The notes beneath the pieces are model-generated. The model saw nothing but the letters and a program-made list of their open reading frames with translations. It did not search any database and was not told the DNA's origin. From NCBI GenBank assembly GCA_964619725.1, contig CAZUFC010000052.1:16301-54472 (forward strand): 38,172 nucleotides of DNA. The letters are read 5' to 3'. Source of the stretch: an uncultured bacterium. Its GTDB lineage: Bacteria > CSSED10-310 > CAZUFC01. Shown piece after piece: positions 25,953 through 35,069 of this stretch. A program made the translations under genes and the position numbers. Position 1 is the stretch's first letter, and the number at the start of each line of letters is the position of its first letter.

Positions 25953-28900
25953 TCAATAGACTTCGAAGGAACGATCGAATTCAGGATAATGCACATCGTT
26001 ATAATACAGCTTAACGATACCCGGATCGCCGACAGAAGCGCCGCAATCGGCAATGGGTATAAGTTTCGTGACCACTTTTTCAGAGCTGGGCGTCAGGTTG
26101 AAAGGCACTTCGCGGCAAACTTCTCCGTTGACGCTCCATACCACCAGAAGTCGATCTCCGTCATTCGGGGCGCTGAGGAAAACCGTGGATTTGAATCCGC
26201 CTGTATCGTTTTCAGGTTCCAGTTGGTGGTCTGTGATATGAGATTCTTCGATACTGATGTTTATTTCATCGTAAGCTGACGTCCCGTTGGCATCATGCAC
26301 GGTAATGCGTGCCGTATAGACGCCCATTGAATTATAGGTATGACAGGGGTTTTTTTGCGTTGAATCGGTATCGATTCCGTCGGCCGTATTGAAGTCCCAG
26401 GAATAATCGTACGGGGGGACTCCTCCGGTAACCTCGGCATCGAAGCATATTTCTGAGCCGGGAAGTCCGTGGGTGGGATCGGCTGAAGCGACCACCACGA
26501 GTTCGACGACTCCGACGGTAACGGTCAGGCAGCATACTTTAGATGCGCCCGTGGAATCGTCGACAGTCACGCAAGCCTGGAAACTGCCTCCATCGGTGTA
26601 TGTATGCGAAGGATTAGGCTCAGAGCTTCCTGCGCTGCCGTCTCCGAAGTTCCAGGAGTAGGAATAAGGAGGCGTTCCGCAACTTACGGAAGCGGAAAAA
26701 TCAACTTCAAGCGGCGCATCTCCGCTACGAGGTTCCCCATAGCAATATACCTCCATTCCCCCTGTGCAGGGAGTCACATTAACCGTAACGGAACTTGATG
26801 CTGCGACGCCCAGGCAGTCAGTGACGATAACCTGAACCTGGTACGAACCGTATTGAGCGTATGAATGATTGACGGACGTTCCTTGAGCCGAAGTTCCGTC
26901 TCCGAAATTCCAGACGGTGTTGAAAGGCGATACTCCACCTTGAACGGTTCGGGAAAAATGAACCGACTGACCGACGTCCACGCTGGGCGGCGATGCCTGA
27001 CAGGATACCGTCAGGGGATGTTGAATAACATTCAGATAGGGCCAGATTTCACTGACGTTGCCGTCCTGGTCGGCAGCTCTCAGTTCAAGAACGTAGTCAT
27101 CAGGAGGAACCATGCCCGCTTCAAGCGGTACTTCCATCACATAAGTCGAATCGCTGATCTTAGGAAGATAGGTACCGGTGGGTTCCCGGTTGAAAAACAG
27201 CTCTACATTTTGCACATCTGATGCTCCCTGCGGGTCGCCGACGATGGCCCAGATTTTCAGCGTTCCCTCTCCTTCATCGTCCAGTTCGGTGTCCCATTGT
27301 CCTGCAGCAAGAATATAGGGACTGTTTTGCGTTACATCTTCAGGTCCTGCGCCTATTTCGCCGGCGCCCTCATATTGACTGAATTCTTCTGTTTCTTTTC
27401 CAATATGGAATGCGGGCCATAAGTCTCCCACATTTCCCCAGGAATCCTCTGCTCCGATCTGAATCAGATAGGCATCTCCGGGAAAACAGGATGAGTCGGG
27501 TATGGAAAAGTTCAATTCATATACGCCTGAGCCCGAATCGTTCATTTTCAATCCTGTAGGCTCGCCGTTATAGTATAATTCCATGCCGGTAACTCCGGGG
27601 TCTTCGGTATATCCGGCGAGAGTGATATCAATGGCATCATCCGAGAAGGCCCGTGTGGTGAGATAACCTCCCAGCCAGATGGAAGGGCCTTTATTGTCGA
27701 TGTGGAAGGTAACGGATTCCAGCGGTTGAGAATAGCGTTCGCATTGGTCTTGGGCCCTTACGTCCAGTTGATGAACGCCTTCGTCCAGGTCTTCCAGGGT
27801 CAGGGACCATTGTACTGTTCCTTCAGCGGTAAGCCAATCGCCGCCGTCCAGCCGACCTTCCACTTTTATCAGTTCAGGTCCGTTGGAAGCGGCTACGCCG
27901 GCTGCGACGAGTTCGGTACCGCTATAAACGGCATCGGGTACGGGTGAGGTTATATCGACATAAGGCAGTTGCGTATTGCTGAAGAAATTTACTGAAGCGG
28001 TATTGCCCTGATGGTCGAAAGCATCGAATGCTCTGACTTTCAACGTTTTAAGTCCTATGGTCGGTTCAGTCCAGTCAAAGGTCCATTCTTCTGTTCCCTG
28101 GGCGGGCATCCAGGTCTCGCCGTTGTCCAGGGAAACCTCGACCAGCTCGACGCCGATCCCTTCATCTGCGGAAACGCCTTCAAACGTATGCGATTCTCCG
28201 TCCAGACATCCTTCGTCTTCAGGAACAGTAATTTCTGTCGCCGGTCCTTCGTCGTCAATGGTTACTGTAATGGAAAAACCTTCATCCTCCAGATTCTCCG
28301 CATAATCTTCCGCTCTCGACGTAAAGGTGAATGTCCCGGCTGAAGCGCCCGGCCATTCATAACTCCAGGTACCCTCATCCTCATCTGTTTCTGCAACATA
28401 TGTGTCCTGATTTATGTCGACGAATACTCTGTAAACCCCACATCCGTACTGACCGTCTTCGAAAGTTCCCTGAATCGTGAGCGCTCCCGGCGGTATATAA
28501 GACCCGTCTTCAGGGAAAGTTATTTCAGACGAGGGAGCGCTCATGTCGAACAGCCAGTCGTCGACGGTTTTTTCAGCGATATTGCCCGACATGTCTTGCG
28601 CGGAAAAATATATACTGTAATAAGCGCCGTCTGCGAGAACGTCGTCCGTCGTCGTATCGCCGTCGTTGTTCAGGTCCAACCCGTTCAATGAATGAATGTT
28701 CATGCCCTGGTCTGCAGAGATCACTTCCGTAAGTTCATGGGGCGAATTGGGGTCCTCATTCCCTCCCGTTCTTTGCATTATCATAAGAGGATTATCGCAC
28801 GGTTCGCTTAAGATGTACATTAAATCGATGTACTGGCCTGAACATGAATCATTGGCGGGTTTCAACCACCTGATGCGGGGTAGAGACCTGACGCTGAAGG

Positions 28901-31445
28901 TATCTGTTTGAACGCTTATGGGCAGGCGTTGGAAATCCGCTGCAGTTCTGACGTTTTCCGGATACGCTGTGATGCGGACGAGCATCTTGTCGCTTGAAGC
29001 CGTGGCCGCATCCGCATCGATGTCCCAATGGAAATAATGTACCGTTCCTTGAGGCGATGCTGCTAAACCCGTGAATCCTTCGCCCGTACCGGTCCAGGTG
29101 CAGGGATGCCAATATCCTCCCAGCGAGGTCGAATGCTCAATTTCTATTGTGCATGTCTGTCCTGGTTCGCCGAAAAGATAATACTCCAGATAAAAAGGCT
29201 GATGCTGGTCCAGTTCGGGCGTCGTAATTAAAGCATATGGAGGATTGGAAACCAGCAAAGGCGCCGGCATATAACGATTTTCATAGACCGCGTTTTTAGT
29301 GTTGTAACTCCCTTCGATAAGATCGAAGTCGCCGTCGCCGTCTGTATCCGCTGCGGTCAGTGCGGTAGTTTTGTAATCTTCAGCGCTTATCCAGTCCGGT
29401 TCGTCATAAAATGTACCGTTGTGATTCAGATAAAACAGGTTTTCCGATTCATAAGCGCCTAAAAACATGTCTATATATCCGTCGTTGTTGACGTCTTTAA
29501 GACAAATATCGCGTATGTCGGATTCAGGATTAAAAGCGACAGACGCCTCGGTCTCCAGGACTCCGTTGATGTTCCGGTACAACCGGACCCCTTCGGCGGC
29601 CCCGGCCCAAATGACATCTTCCCATCCGTCACCGTCAAAATCTGCTGTCCCGACGGCCCTGGTCACTCCTGATTCGTCGCAGAACCAATCCGTATCGCTG
29701 TTGAGTTTGCCTTCGTAATTAAGAAAAACGCTTACCGCTCCGGGTTCGTCCGTTTCAGTGATCGAACCCGCCGTCAGATCGGGATGACCGTCATTGTTTA
29801 TATCGCCGAATGACAGGCTCTTGTAATGTTTTTCCTGGCCGATCGTTTCCCAGCGCCAACGTCCGAAATCGCCTATAATATTGAAGTTGTAGCGAAGCTC
29901 ACGATCTTTTCCGGCCAGCACGATATCGGGATAACGATCAGAATCTATGTCGAACAGGCATATGTCTTCAGCAGGGTAGTCGACTTCGTCCCACCACACG
30001 GGAAGCGCTGAAAGCGAGCCTTCATCGTTTCCGTATATGCTGAGCATTCCTTCGATTCCTGTAAAAAGAAGCTCCGGGTATCCGTCCCTGAACAGATCGG
30101 CGGCAGCGACAGACGGCGATGCCGTGTTGAAGGGAACCGCGGAACTCCAGGACGGCAGGTATTCGATACCCTCAAAATTGAAATAAGCGGTATGCCGTTG
30201 ATCGTTATTGGCGAATACCGGTTCGGGATATCCGTCCAGAAAAAGATCGGCAGCCGTCGCATCCATCGTTAAATTAAAATAATCCGATTGCCAGACCGGC
30301 TCAGCCGACAATAAGTCCATAACGTTGCGCAGACAGCCGGCCTTGTAACCGTATACCCCAACGGCCAAGTCCAGGTCCGCATCCCCGTCAGCGTCCGCGG
30401 CAGCGATGCATGTTGATCCGGAAAAGAATGTTTGCCAGTCAGGCGTATCGCTGAAGTCTGTACCGTCGAACAGATAAAATTTCACTACGCCGTCTTCTGT
30501 TCCCGTAATAAGGTCCAGGTCACCGTCGCTGTCGATGTCCGCTAAATCTACCGACATAGTGTCTTCCGCTGCAGGTTCCGACCAGAAAAGCGTGGGAACG
30601 CCATCCTGGTTTTTTATCACGCGAGTCGGATTGACGCTTGTTCCGGCTATGGCGAAGTCCGTGTAACCGTCGCCGTCAAAATCGCCTGCGGTCACTTCAT
30701 TGGATTGATCGTCAATCCCTGAGCTCCAACTGTAATTGACGTTCAATGCCCCCTGCCCGTTATTGTAGTAAATTAAATCAGGAGAACCGTCATTGACCGT
30801 GATCAGGTCGAGCCAACCGTCGTTATCGAAATCACACCACGCTACATCCGTCGTTGGGACGTTCTGAATGCACTGCCATTGAGGCGTCGTTTCAAATGTA
30901 CCGCCGTTATTGATGAAAAGAGAGTTACGAGCATTTTCATTCCCAAAGACAATGTCCAGGTCGCCGTCATTGTCCACATCGCCGAGAGCTGTCGAAGTCG
31001 TTTCGTTGAAAGTTTCCGATACCCAGCAATCTCCCGGTTCGGTAAAACTGCACAAGACCCCATCCTTGTTCCAGTAAATGACGTTGGCTCCCGTATAATT
31101 GCAGACGACCAGATCGCCGTCCCCGTCTCCGTCCAGGTCCGCAGCCGCCACATCATGCGTCGCCAGCGGCAGGTCAGTTACCCACGTAGGCGAAAATACG
31201 CCGCCGATGTTTTCAAAAACGATGTCCGTTCCTTCATAAGCGCCTACAGCCAGGTCCAGGTCCCAGTCACCGTCAAAGTCTGCCCAGAAGGCCGATACCG
31301 ACCACATCGCTCCAGGACTCTCCCAGAAAAAATCCGTTTCATAATTAACCTCAGCGGCTGCAGGCTGCAGCATTCCCGCTATGAAAATCGCCGGCAAAAG
31401 GAACCGCAAAAGAAACGTTTTATTTGCAAAAACAATTATTTTCAT
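25953..31445 (-). CDS. Giant secreted FG-GAP/VCBS-repeat, Ig-like and PKD-domain surface protein (1830 aa)
   Basis: Signal peptide, about 14 D-x-D-x-DG-x-x-DL repeats, several Ig-like domains (VEVSLDNGETW..A.GT..W), two copies of an unknown domain ending WP(A/Y)(F/L), and three PKD domains (WNFGDG, HTY). GGGAGG SD. Confidence 0.9.
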   Translation of the reverse strand: MKIIVFANKTFLLRFLLPAIFIAGMLQPAAAEVNYETDFFWESPGAMWSVSAFWADFDGDWDLDLAVGAYEGTDIVFENIGGVFSPTWVTDLPLATHDVAAADLDGDGDGDLVVCNYTGANVIYWNKDGVLCSFTEPGDCWVSETFNETTSTALGDVDNDGDLDIVFGNENARNSLFINNGGTFETTPQWQCIQNVPTTDVAWCDFDNDGWLDLITVNDGSPDLIYYNNGQGALNVNYSWSSGIDDQSNEVTAGDFDGDGYTDFAIAGTSVNPTRVIKNQDGVPTLFWSEPAAEDTMSVDLADIDSDGDLDLITGTEDGVVKFYLFDGTDFSDTPDWQTFFSGSTCIAAADADGDADLDLAVGVYGYKAGCLRNVMDLLSAEPVWQSDYFNLTMDATAADLFLDGYPEPVFANNDQRHTAYFNFEGIEYLPSWSSAVPFNTASPSVAAADLFRDGYPELLFTGIEGMLSIYGNDEGSLSALPVWWDEVDYPAEDICLFDIDSDRYPDIVLAGKDRELRYNFNIIGDFGRWRWETIGQEKHYKSLSFGDINNDGHPDLTAGSITETDEPGAVSVFLNYEGKLNSDTDWFCDESGVTRAVGTADFDGDGWEDVIWAGAAEGVRLYRNINGVLETEASVAFNPESDIRDICLKDVNNDGYIDMFLGAYESENLFYLNHNGTFYDEPDWISAEDYKTTALTAADTDGDGDFDLIEGSYNTKNAVYENRYMPAPLLVSNPPYALITTPELDQHQPFYLEYYLFGEPGQTCTIEIEHSTSLGGYWHPCTWTGTGEGFTGLAASPQGTVHYFHWDIDADAATASSDKMLVRITAYPENVRTAADFQRLPISVQTDTFSVRSLPRIRWLKPANDSCSGQYIDLMYILSEPCDNPLMIMQRTGGNEDPNSPHELTEVISADQGMNIHSLNGLDLNNDGDTTTDDVLADGAYYSIYFSAQDMSGNIAEKTVDDWLFDMSAPSSEITFPEDGSYIPPGALTIQGTFEDGQYGCGVYRVFVDINQDTYVAETDEDEGTWSYEWPGASAGTFTFTSRAEDYAENLEDEGFSITVTIDDEGPATEITVPEDEGCLDGESHTFEGVSADEGIGVELVEVSLDNGETWMPAQGTEEWTFDWTEPTIGLKTLKVRAFDAFDHQGNTASVNFFSNTQLPYVDITSPVPDAVYSGTELVAAGVAASNGPELIKVEGRLDGGDWLTAEGTVQWSLTLEDLDEGVHQLDVRAQDQCERYSQPLESVTFHIDNKGPSIWLGGYLTTRAFSDDAIDITLAGYTEDPGVTGMELYYNGEPTGLKMNDSGSGVYELNFSIPDSSCFPGDAYLIQIGAEDSWGNVGDLWPAFHIGKETEEFSQYEGAGEIGAGPEDVTQNSPYILAAGQWDTELDDEGEGTLKIWAIVGDPQGASDVQNVELFFNREPTGTYLPKISDSTYVMEVPLEAGMVPPDDYVLELRAADQDGNVSEIWPYLNVIQHPLTVSCQASPPSVDVGQSVHFSRTVQGGVSPFNTVWNFGDGTSAQGTSVNHSYAQYGSYQVQVIVTDCLGVAASSSVTVNVTPCTGGMEVYCYGEPRSGDAPLEVDFSASVSCGTPPYSYSWNFGDGSAGSSEPNPSHTYTDGGSFQACVTVDDSTGASKVCCLTVTVGVVELVVVASADPTHGLPGSEICFDAEVTGGVPPYDYSWDFNTADGIDTDSTQKNPCHTYNSMGVYTARITVHDANGTSAYDEINISIEESHITDHQLEPENDTGGFKSTVFLSAPNDGDRLLVVWSVNGEVCREVPFNLTPSSEKVVTKLIPIADCGASVGDPGIVKLYYNDVHYPEFDRSFEVY

Positions 31446-31567
31446 GAAGCATGACCTCCCGATTGTATCCTTCTAATTTTTATCGGAATATGATGCTCAT
31501 GTCAATTGGTCCTTTACTTCAAACCTTCCATGAAATAAAATCAAGGAGGCGGAAAGGAGCTGCATCC

Positions 31568-34500
31568 ATGTTAATGAAATACAAGAAGATAATACTGGCG
31601 GCGATACCCGTGCTGATTTTATCGGCAGCGGTCCCGGAATGTTTCGGTGAGGCAGCCTGGTTATGGCACGGCGGCAATATTGATCCCCGTTATCCCACGC
31701 AGTCTCATGATACGTTGATACGAGTAAAGATCGGTTATCAGTATTTTATAGATAATGTCGCGATTTACCTGACTTACGACGGCACAGAACCCCAGGGCGC
31801 TTACGGGGAACCTTTTATCGGAGAGGTGATACCGATGAGCTGGGATTATACGGAGTGGGATCAGGATGCAGAGTTATGGGCTGACTGGTGGAGCGGCATA
31901 GTCCCCGCTGCTGCCGGTCATGAAATCGGAACGGCAGTCAATTATAAAATAGGCGCCTGGCACAGCGGAGGGGGAGCGGAAAGATTTGCGGACAATTATG
32001 CGGATAATTCATACGAAGCAGACGTGTTTTCCTTCAGAATATGCGGAGAAGTTCAGCAAGCTTTGACGGAAGAAGAGGTCATTATAGAGGGAACGGTTTA
32101 TATTGAGGGAGTAACGGACGAGCCGGGACCTGCCGCCGGACTTGATGTGGAGATATGGACGAATTACGGCGAGGAGGGCGTGACGGACTGGCGCGGGATT
32201 CAGATGTCCTATTGCGAGGATGTGGGGGAATCCGAAAGATATTCGGTTGAACTGACGCCCGGTACCGCAGGCATTTTTAAATACCTGGTCCGATATCGGC
32301 TGGACCTGGGTGAATGGCAGTACCAGGGCGATCCCGATAATGAATTATCCATGTGTCGCCTTATCGTCAATCCTGTCTGGCTCAAAGACAAGGTTTTTTA
32401 TGAAGTGTTTCCGCGGGTGCATAACGCAGAGGATGTAAACGGCGACGGATATCTTTCCAATGATGAGTTCGGCGGTTTCAAAAACGTTCTGAACGACCTG
32501 GACCGGTTGGAGGAACTGGGTGTCGGCGTTTTATGGCTTATGCCCATTCATCCTTTGAGCACGAATCCCGAACACATTAAAAGCACGGACGGGATGTTCG
32601 GCAGTCCCTATGCGCCGAAAGATTACCTGGCCGTGAATCCGGATTACGGCACAGAAGAGGATTTGCATGAGCTCGTGGATGCTGCGCATGCACGCGAGAT
32701 GAAAGTTTTCACAGGTTTCGTTCCCAATCACCTTTCGCCTGACAATGTTCTTCTTAATCCCTTCAATCCGCCGGAAAACGGCGGTTATCATCCGGAGTGG
32801 TTCGAGCAGGATGAATTCGGCGACCCCCGTCCCGACCTGCCCGAATGGTCGGATACGGTAGCGTTAAATTATGATTGCAATGATCAGGAGAATATGAGGG
32901 CATTTGTGGTTTCCGCGCTGGCTCATTGGCTGGATGAATTCGATATAGACGGTTATCGCTGCGATATGGCCTATTTTCAACCCCTGGATTTCTGGACCGA
33001 TGCTTTCGAAACCTTGCGGGAAAACAGACCCGATTTTGCCTTTCTGGCTGAAGCCTATGATCTGGAATACGATCTGGAAAGAGCCGGTTTCGGAGCGGTA
33101 TACGATCATACTTTCTACCGCTCAGTGTTTCACGAGTTGCGAAACGGTTCCATGGATGCCGATGGTTTAAGAAGCAGACTCTTGAATATGGTCGATAATC
33201 ACGCCCGGGGATTCCTCCCCTTCCGATATATCGATAATCACGACGAAGAAAGGGCAGCAGCCGCCTTCGGAGACGCCAACAAGCCGGTTACCGCCTTGAT
33301 CATGACCATGAGGGGCGCTCCCATGCTCTACTCCGGCCAGGAAGCGGCATTAACGGAAAGAATTCCGTTATTCAGGGGATGGAACGACGTGGAACTTTAT
33401 CCCTACCTTGATTTTGAAAACGATCCGGACTTTACCGAATGGATGAAAACGCTTATCCATTTCAGAAACGGGAATCCTGCCCTGAGACGAGGTGAAGAAT
33501 ACCTGTTGCCGTCATCATCGAATCACATTTTCGCCCTGCTGCGCAGGTTCCAGAATAAAAGCGTGCTTGTCGGATGCAACCTGGACGTCTCTAACGGTTT
33601 GCCCCGTTCAGGAAACGTCCAGATTCCCGAACAATTCAATCTCGAAACCGGCATTGTATACTCGCTGCAGGATATATTTACTCTGGAAAAAGATTACGTC
33701 CTGGGCCAAGAATTCAACTCTTATTATTTCCAATTGCCCGAAAACGGGGTGCAGGTCATGGATATCAATGAACTCTGCGAATGGGGGGGCGACGTAAACG
33801 ATGACGGAGCGGTTGACGATAAAGATGATATGCTGATCCTGCAGCAGGTTTGCGGCTTGTTCGAGCTTGAAGAAACGGAAAACTGTCGCGGGGATTATAA
33901 CGTCTCGGGCGAGGCTGATATTGCCGATATCATTGAAAAATATGAGCCGGCTGGTACAGCCCCGGAAAATGTTGAATTAATGATGAACGATGTCCAGGCG
34001 ATGCCCGGTGAAACTGTTACCGTTATTGTGACATTGGATTCCGCAGGCGTTGCCGGCGGAGTCGTTCAAATTGAGGCTTCGCCGGCGGATATCGAACCGG
34101 TTTCTTGGCTGCCGGGTGAAACTTTGACGGAAGCTGTCGGCGCTTCCGGCATCGATCCCTGTCCGCCGGATAGAAACTGCAATACCCCTGAACCTGCCGC
34201 CCTTTCCGTAGCGCAGTTCGTTCATTCCCCTACGGACGGGGAACAACAAGACTGGTTCCATATGCAATGGGCTGTTCCGACAGATGCTATTCCGGGGACG
34301 GAATTTATACTCGACGGAGAAACCGTTATGTATGGCCCGAACGGGAATCCCATTCCTTCGGCTCACATCGGGCCGGGGAGCATCCTGGTTACGGGAGGTC
34401 CGAATTGCACTGAAACGGGCGTTACGCTGTCCATGCCCGCCGAATATTTCAGTCCCGGAGACGATTGCCGGCTGGATGCATTTATTTGCAATATGGAAGG

Positions 34501-34774
34501 CCAAACCCTGGAAAACTGCATCTTTTTCTGCCTGCTTGATGTTTACGGCGCTTACTGGTTTTATCCCTCTTGGTCTGCCGGCCTGGACGGCGTTCTGCTG
34601 GATACCCTGCCGCCCGGTCAGACCGATATGAACCTTATCTCGCCTTTCCAATGGCCCGAAATTACAGACTCTGCGGAAGGCTTGCACTTTTACGGCGCCC
34701 TGGTCTTGCCGAACCTTTCTGACTTGATTGGAAAACTTGGAATCTGGGAATTCGGTTACGGCGCCGACGATTAG
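31568..34774 (+). CDS. Secreted GH13 alpha-amylase-family enzyme with N-terminal Ig/CBM-like domains, dockerin, cohesin-like domain and conserved C-terminal domain
   Basis: Signal peptide, LWLMPIHP, GSPYAPKDY, FVPNH, DGYRCDMA (nucleophile D), LAEAY (acid/base E), YIDNHDE and GAPMLYSGQE; dockerin GDVNDDGAVD...GDYNVSGEADIAD. ATG 31568 follows AAGGAG. Confidence 0.92.
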   Translation: MLMKYKKIILAAIPVLILSAAVPECFGEAAWLWHGGNIDPRYPTQSHDTLIRVKIGYQYFIDNVAIYLTYDGTEPQGAYGEPFIGEVIPMSWDYTEWDQDAELWADWWSGIVPAAAGHEIGTAVNYKIGAWHSGGGAERFADNYADNSYEADVFSFRICGEVQQALTEEEVIIEGTVYIEGVTDEPGPAAGLDVEIWTNYGEEGVTDWRGIQMSYCEDVGESERYSVELTPGTAGIFKYLVRYRLDLGEWQYQGDPDNELSMCRLIVNPVWLKDKVFYEVFPRVHNAEDVNGDGYLSNDEFGGFKNVLNDLDRLEELGVGVLWLMPIHPLSTNPEHIKSTDGMFGSPYAPKDYLAVNPDYGTEEDLHELVDAAHAREMKVFTGFVPNHLSPDNVLLNPFNPPENGGYHPEWFEQDEFGDPRPDLPEWSDTVALNYDCNDQENMRAFVVSALAHWLDEFDIDGYRCDMAYFQPLDFWTDAFETLRENRPDFAFLAEAYDLEYDLERAGFGAVYDHTFYRSVFHELRNGSMDADGLRSRLLNMVDNHARGFLPFRYIDNHDEERAAAAFGDANKPVTALIMTMRGAPMLYSGQEAALTERIPLFRGWNDVELYPYLDFENDPDFTEWMKTLIHFRNGNPALRRGEEYLLPSSSNHIFALLRRFQNKSVLVGCNLDVSNGLPRSGNVQIPEQFNLETGIVYSLQDIFTLEKDYVLGQEFNSYYFQLPENGVQVMDINELCEWGGDVNDDGAVDDKDDMLILQQVCGLFELEETENCRGDYNVSGEADIADIIEKYEPAGTAPENVELMMNDVQAMPGETVTVIVTLDSAGVAGGVVQIEASPADIEPVSWLPGETLTEAVGASGIDPCPPDRNCNTPEPAALSVAQFVHSPTDGEQQDWFHMQWAVPTDAIPGTEFILDGETVMYGPNGNPIPSAHIGPGSILVTGGPNCTETGVTLSMPAEYFSPGDDCRLDAFICNMEGQTLENCIFFCLLDVYGAYWFYPSWSAGLDGVLLDTLPPGQTDMNLISPFQWPEITDSAEGLHFYGALVLPNLSDLIGKLGIWEFGYGADD

Positions 34775-34804
34775 GTTCTTTCAGGGGCGGTGGAATGGAA
34801 TCTT

Positions 34805-34878
34805 AAAGGACAAAAGGACAAAGGGACGAAAAGGACCAAAGGGACCAAAAGGACGAAAGGACTTTAGGACAGCGGACT
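34805..34878 (+). repeat. Short tandem repeat: nine GGAC cores at 7-9 bp spacing
   Basis: GGAC at 34808, 34816, 34824, 34833, 34842, 34851, 34859, 34867 and 34874, mostly with A-rich spacers. Confidence 0.85.
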
Positions 34879-35069
34879 TTGATTTGCTTATCTTTTTGGG
34901 ATGTCACCTTGTATTTATGCAGATTTTTTTCAGTTCGCTCGCTTGTCTGTCAGGTGGCTCAATAATGTGAGAATTCTGCTTAGGGACCTCGACCTATTAT
35001 TAAAAAATTAGGAAAAAACAAAAGATGGCGAATGTTTTTGGGTTCCAATTTTGAAATGGAATCTTCCCG

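Noticed and set aside
31451-31567. Longer N-terminus for the amylase from the ORF track
   Set aside because: It would abut the divergent gene's start and overlap its SD. ATG 31568 has an SD and gives a normal signal peptide.
33977-34687. 236-aa antisense ORF (and similar antisense ORFs such as 14048..14722 and 30879..31454)
   Set aside because: These are shadows of well-supported genes on the opposite strand, with no motifs of their own.
34728-34970. 80-aa ORF with KGPKGPKG collagen-like look
   Set aside because: It is the translation of the GGAC tandem repeat. The units are 7-9 bp and do not preserve frame, and the ORF overlaps the amylase end.
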